Shown here: in pieces, positions 59,392 through 64,000 of the stretch
Layout of the letters: each line of letters opens with the position of its first letter
Numbering within the stretch: the stretch's first letter is position 1
DNA from: Patescibacteria group bacterium
GTDB lineage: Bacteria; Patescibacteriota; Minisyncoccia; Phycocordibacterales; Phycocordibacteraceae
Assembly: GCA_040384705.1 (NCBI GenBank)
Contig: JAZKIU010000001.1
Coordinates: 340,026 to 404,025 of the forward strand
Direction: 5' to 3'
DNA: 64,000 bases
Position numbers and translations under genes: made by a program
Notes under the pieces: generated by a model
The model's database searches: none
What the model was told of the DNA's origin: nothing
The model's input: only the letters and a program-made list of their open reading frames with translations

Positions 59392-59916
59392 ATGAAGGTC
59401 ACGGTCGGTTCAACCAATCCAGCGAAAGTCGAAGCGGTACGCGAGATACTGCAGGACTATCCGCATCTCATGGATGCGGAGGTTGTTGGCGTTGAGGCCG
59501 ATTCGGGCGTGGGAGACCAGCCCAAGACACTTGCCGACGTCATCACGGGTTCCATCAACCGCGCGAAGGCGGCATATACGGATGCCACCTATTCGATCGG
59601 ATTGGAATCAGGACTGATGGAGGTGCCGTTCACGAAGAGCGGGTATATGGATGTATGTGCCTGCGCCATCTTCGATGGAACGGAGCATCATCTCGGCCTC
59701 TCATCGGGTTGGGAATTTCCTGACAAGGAGATCAATCGACTCATTCTCGAGGAGGGCCTGGATATGTCCCAGGCGATAAACAAGGTTGGACTCACTGCGG
59801 ACCCTGCGATTGGTGCCGGTCAGGGTGCGATAGGTATTCTCACGAAGGGACGTCTCGATAGGAAGGCGTATACCAAAGAGGCGCTTCGCACCGCCCTCAT
59901 CCATATCGACGCATAA
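59392..59916 (+). CDS. YjjX-family non-canonical NTP pyrophosphatase (inosine/xanthosine triphosphatase, DUF84)
   Basis: MKVTVGSTNPAKVEAVREIL...EADSGVGDQPKT matches the YjjX N-terminal signature (VxSTNPAKxxAV...GVxxQP); 174 aa. Confidence 0.65.
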   Translation: MKVTVGSTNPAKVEAVREILQDYPHLMDAEVVGVEADSGVGDQPKTLADVITGSINRAKAAYTDATYSIGLESGLMEVPFTKSGYMDVCACAIFDGTEHHLGLSSGWEFPDKEINRLILEEGLDMSQAINKVGLTADPAIGAGQGAIGILTKGRLDRKAYTKEALRTALIHIDA

Positions 59917-59920
59917 ACAT

Positions 59921-60829
59921 ATGGCACTCAAGGACATCAAGACCAAGATCAAGGCGACCGAGCGCATGCACAAAGTGACGCGCGCTATGGAAGCCGTGTC
60001 CGCTGTGAAGATGCGCAAGACGCAGACTGCGGCCCTTCTGGGACGCCCGTACGCTCGGTCTGCGGTCTCCATCCTTTCTCGCCTTTCTGCCACCCGTCAC
60101 ATCACCGGCCATCCGCTCGCGGAGCACCGTGACGTGAAGAAGGTCGCCCTTGTCATCATCACGAGTGATAAGGGGCTTGCGGGCGCGCTCAACTCGGGAG
60201 TGCTCAAGAAGGCGGTCGAGGCGCTTGAGGGTCGTAGTAAGGAAGAAGTCATCGTATACGCATATGGCCGCAAGGGCGAAGAGTTCTTCGGTCGCCGTGG
60301 ATACGAGATACGCAAAGCATTCGAGAACAAGCGCGATGACGTGCCACTCTCCGTCATGGAAGAGCTATCAGCTGAAGTGACCGATGGGTTCCTCGCGGGC
60401 GACTTCGATAAGGTGGTCGCGGTGTATAGCGCGTTCAAATCCACCTTCGAGCAGATTCCGACGTGGCGCCGCATACTGCCGCTCTCGCTTGGCGCATTGT
60501 CGGAGATAGTGGAAGATATCACTCCTGTGAAGGGTAAGTGGAGCGAACCGCCACCGATCGCTCCGCCGGCATCGTACGAGGTAGAACCATCGGAGGAAGA
60601 GGTGCTCGGCATCCTCATCCCGCGCCTCGTCGCCGTCGCGCTGTATCACATGCTTCTCGAGTCGAAGGCTTCCGAGCATTCGGCCCGGATGGTAGCGATG
60701 AAGAACGCGTCGGATAACTCGAAGGAGGTGACGCACGACCTGACGCGTCTGTATAACAAGATCCGTCAGGCGGCGATCACCCGCGAGGTGTCGGAGATCG
60801 TGAGCGGCCGTGAGGCTTTATCAACATAG
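59921..60829 (+). CDS. atpG: F0F1 ATP synthase subunit gamma
   Basis: MALKDIKTKIKATERMHKVTRAMEAVSAVKMRK...ITREVSEIVSG. Confidence 0.85.
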   Translation: MALKDIKTKIKATERMHKVTRAMEAVSAVKMRKTQTAALLGRPYARSAVSILSRLSATRHITGHPLAEHRDVKKVALVIITSDKGLAGALNSGVLKKAVEALEGRSKEEVIVYAYGRKGEEFFGRRGYEIRKAFENKRDDVPLSVMEELSAEVTDGFLAGDFDKVVAVYSAFKSTFEQIPTWRRILPLSLGALSEIVEDITPVKGKWSEPPPIAPPASYEVEPSEEEVLGILIPRLVAVALYHMLLESKASEHSARMVAMKNASDNSKEVTHDLTRLYNKIRQAAITREVSEIVSGREALST

Positions 60830-60846
60830 ATTTTAGTACTAACTAA

Positions 60847-62229
<1,383 letters not shown>

Positions 62230-62230
62230 G

Positions 62231-62476
62231 ATGGCAAAGACCTTCCATCTCACTATCGCGAAAGTAGGCGAGAACCTCTATGAAGGAGAGGCGCTCATGG
62301 TCACGCTCCCGGGCGCTGACGGCGACTTCACAGTGCTTGCGGACCACGAGGCGTTCGTGACCCCGCTTCGTGCAGGCACGGCGCGCGTCAAGAACGCCCA
62401 GGGCGAGGAAAGCACCATCGATATCGAAAGCGGGGTGGCTGAAATCTCCACGAATCAGGTGACGGTGCTTCTCTGA
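62231..62476 (+). CDS. atpC: F0F1 ATP synthase subunit epsilon (beta-sandwich domain only, 81 aa)
   Basis: Position and LTIAKVGENLYEGEALMVTLPGADGDFTVLADH pattern. Confidence 0.7.
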   Translation: MAKTFHLTIAKVGENLYEGEALMVTLPGADGDFTVLADHEAFVTPLRAGTARVKNAQGEESTIDIESGVAEISTNQVTVLL

Positions 62477-62560
62477 TCCCTCGTTATCCCCGCCAGGAAC
62501 TGGTGGGGAATCTTGCCTGGAGTACAGTACAGAAGGAAACAGACAGGGAGGGTTAGCGTG

Positions 62561-62956
62561 ATGTCATATATTACCGAGCCTCGCTTCAGTGAGAAGGAAG
62601 CCGCTGACCTAGGCAGGGTGCGCGAGAAGCGCTTCTTCGACGCTGTTCACTGCCATCCCATCAATCTCCCTTTCGGAGTCCATAAGTTCGATCATGCGAC
62701 TCCGCAAGAGGATAGGGACGGCTATGACGCCTGGGCTGTCACGAAATACGGTCGGCTTGGCATTCAGATCAAGTCCTCTCGCGATGGTGTTCAGAAGTAT
62801 CGCAAGAATCGACCTGGCCAGCACGTGATCTTTCTCGTGGTCTATGAATCGGAGACCTGGCAGCAGATACAAAGGAATATCTGCGAGAAGCTCCAGCGTG
62901 AGATGGAGATCCTGAGGCAAAGAGAAGAAAAACGAAGGAGAACGGCCCGCTGGTAG
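62561..62956 (+). CDS. Hypothetical protein downstream of the atp operon
   Basis: ORF; start ambiguous between 62513 and 62561; Arg/Glu-rich tail. Confidence 0.35.
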   Translation: MSYITEPRFSEKEAADLGRVREKRFFDAVHCHPINLPFGVHKFDHATPQEDRDGYDAWAVTKYGRLGIQIKSSRDGVQKYRKNRPGQHVIFLVVYESETWQQIQRNICEKLQREMEILRQREEKRRRTARW

Positions 62957-62994
62957 CGGGCCAACCCTTTTGTCTTTTGGTATACTGTCCGTAT

Positions 62995-63225
62995 ATGGGT
63001 ATGCAAGATTTCCTGCTCAGGCAGGCCATGAAGTGGAAGATGAAGGACGTGCCGGAAGCGCAGCGCGAGCAGATAATGACGCTCGTGCAGAAGGACCCGG
63101 AACTCTTCAAGAAGATAGGCGAGGAGGTGGAGCGCCGCACCAAGGGCGGGGAGCCTCAGATGAAGGCCACTATGGAGGTAATGAAGAAGTACCGGAAGGA
63201 GCTCCAGGCGCTCACGCAGAAATAA
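62995..63225 (+). CDS. Small hypothetical Lys/Glu-rich protein
   Basis: ORF; start ambiguous, alternative at 62977. Confidence 0.3.
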   Translation: MGMQDFLLRQAMKWKMKDVPEAQREQIMTLVQKDPELFKKIGEEVERRTKGGEPQMKATMEVMKKYRKELQALTQK

Positions 63226-63268
63226 GTAGTCCACACGAGCGCTCACACGCTCGTGCTACTTTATACGC

Positions 63269-63853
63269 ATGCGTAAGAAACGTATCTTCATTCTCCTCGG
63301 GCACCCGGATAACGGGCCGGAGCCGTTGTCGCGTCAGCTCGCTGATACATACGAAGCCGCTGCCAGAGCAGCGGGCCACGACGTCCGCCGCACGAATATC
63401 TTCGACCTCTCCTTCGACCCCATCCTCCACAAGGGATATCGCGCCATACAGGAGCTCGAACCCGACCTGAAGGCCGTCCAGGAGCACATCACCTGGAGCG
63501 AGCATTTCGTGCTCGTGTACCCGAACTGGTGGGGCGGTATGCCCGGGCAGCTGAAGGGGATGTGGGACCGCATGTTCCTTCCGCGCTTCGCCTTCCGCAT
63601 GTGGAAGAATCGTTTTGGATGGGATGCGCTCCTCAAGGGACGTACTGCACGCGTGCTCGTCATGTGCGGCAATCCAGCCATCCTCGACTATCTCGCGTTC
63701 GGCGACTACACCGCTTCGATCAAGCGCTCGCTTCTGGACTTCGCAGGGTTCCGTACATCGGTAACGTCGTTCGGGCACTCCGAGCACGCATCTGAGTCTA
63801 GGAAGGCCGCGTGGAGGCGTCAGGTGGAGGTGCTTGCAAAAGGAGGGCGGTAG
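63269..63853 (+). CDS. Flavodoxin-fold NAD(P)H dehydrogenase (quinone)-like protein
   Basis: RIFILLGHPDNG...YPNWWGGMPGQLKGMWDRMF pattern of the Flavodoxin_2 / NQO1-like family. Confidence 0.65.
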   Translation: MRKKRIFILLGHPDNGPEPLSRQLADTYEAAARAAGHDVRRTNIFDLSFDPILHKGYRAIQELEPDLKAVQEHITWSEHFVLVYPNWWGGMPGQLKGMWDRMFLPRFAFRMWKNRFGWDALLKGRTARVLVMCGNPAILDYLAFGDYTASIKRSLLDFAGFRTSVTSFGHSEHASESRKAAWRRQVEVLAKGGR

Positions 63854-64000
63854 TGGTAGAGTCTCAAGGTCATTGGAGTTCGACCAATCCTGGTTATCCC
63901 GCCCCGGACTTCCAAGTGCCCTTCGAACTCCTCTGACGCCCCCAAGGTCCACCCACTCGCGGCGGGCCTTTTCTTTTTCTTCATCTTCGAGCGTTTATAC

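Noticed and set aside
63856-63990. tRNA-like or terminator structure at the window end (ggagttcgaccaatcc T-arm-like hairpin, then cttttctttttc)
   Set aside because: No consistent cloverleaf with a 7 bp acceptor could be built on either strand. Probably an intrinsic terminator for the flavodoxin-like gene, but the hairpin is imperfect and the window ends there.

Overview
This 64 kb window is visibly GC-rich, gene-dense bacterial chromosome with both strands coding; I did not compute an exact GC value. It has no rRNA, no CRISPR array and no recognisable transposase or integrase.

Most of it is a housekeeping core:
- pyrE-pyrF, parB, rel/spoT, topA, dprA, serS, an ftsQ-like gene, dus and dnaX.
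- A class-I lysyl-tRNA synthetase, tgt, mltG and ddl.
- A clustered uvrB / two-component system / uvrA / uvrC locus.
- A complete F1Fo ATP-synthase operon, atpBEFHAGDC, with a YjjX-family ITPase gene wedged between atpA and atpG.

Several proteins are reduced versions: a 347 aa DnaX, a 419 aa UvrC lacking the HhH tail, and short ATPase delta and epsilon subunits. Together with TrbC/VirB2-like pilin genes and tRNAs that do not encode CCA, this resembles Patescibacteria/CPR-type genomes, but that is inference only.

Six tRNAs are readable: Trp-CCA, Leu-CAA, Gln-TTG, Ala-TGC, Pro-CGG and Val-CAC.

The accessory part is the first ~7 kb plus scattered loci:
- Two modular PEP-CTERM-type surface proteins, each with its own extended -10 promoter and GAAA-loop terminator.
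- A tRNA-Trp whose 3' end plus flank is copied twice upstream as 32 nt direct repeats. Each repeat bounds a single orphan-gene cassette, giving an att-like tandem-integration signature with no integrase.
- Immediately across the tRNA, a three-gene cassette: two VirB2/TrbC-like pilin domains fused to cell-wall-hydrolase-like domains, with a small membrane protein between them.
- A VirB4/HerA-superfamily 909 aa ATPase coupled to a 592 aa acidic coiled-coil protein.
- A roughly 330 nt promoter-to-terminator unit with no ORF, upstream of ddl, which is a candidate structured RNA.
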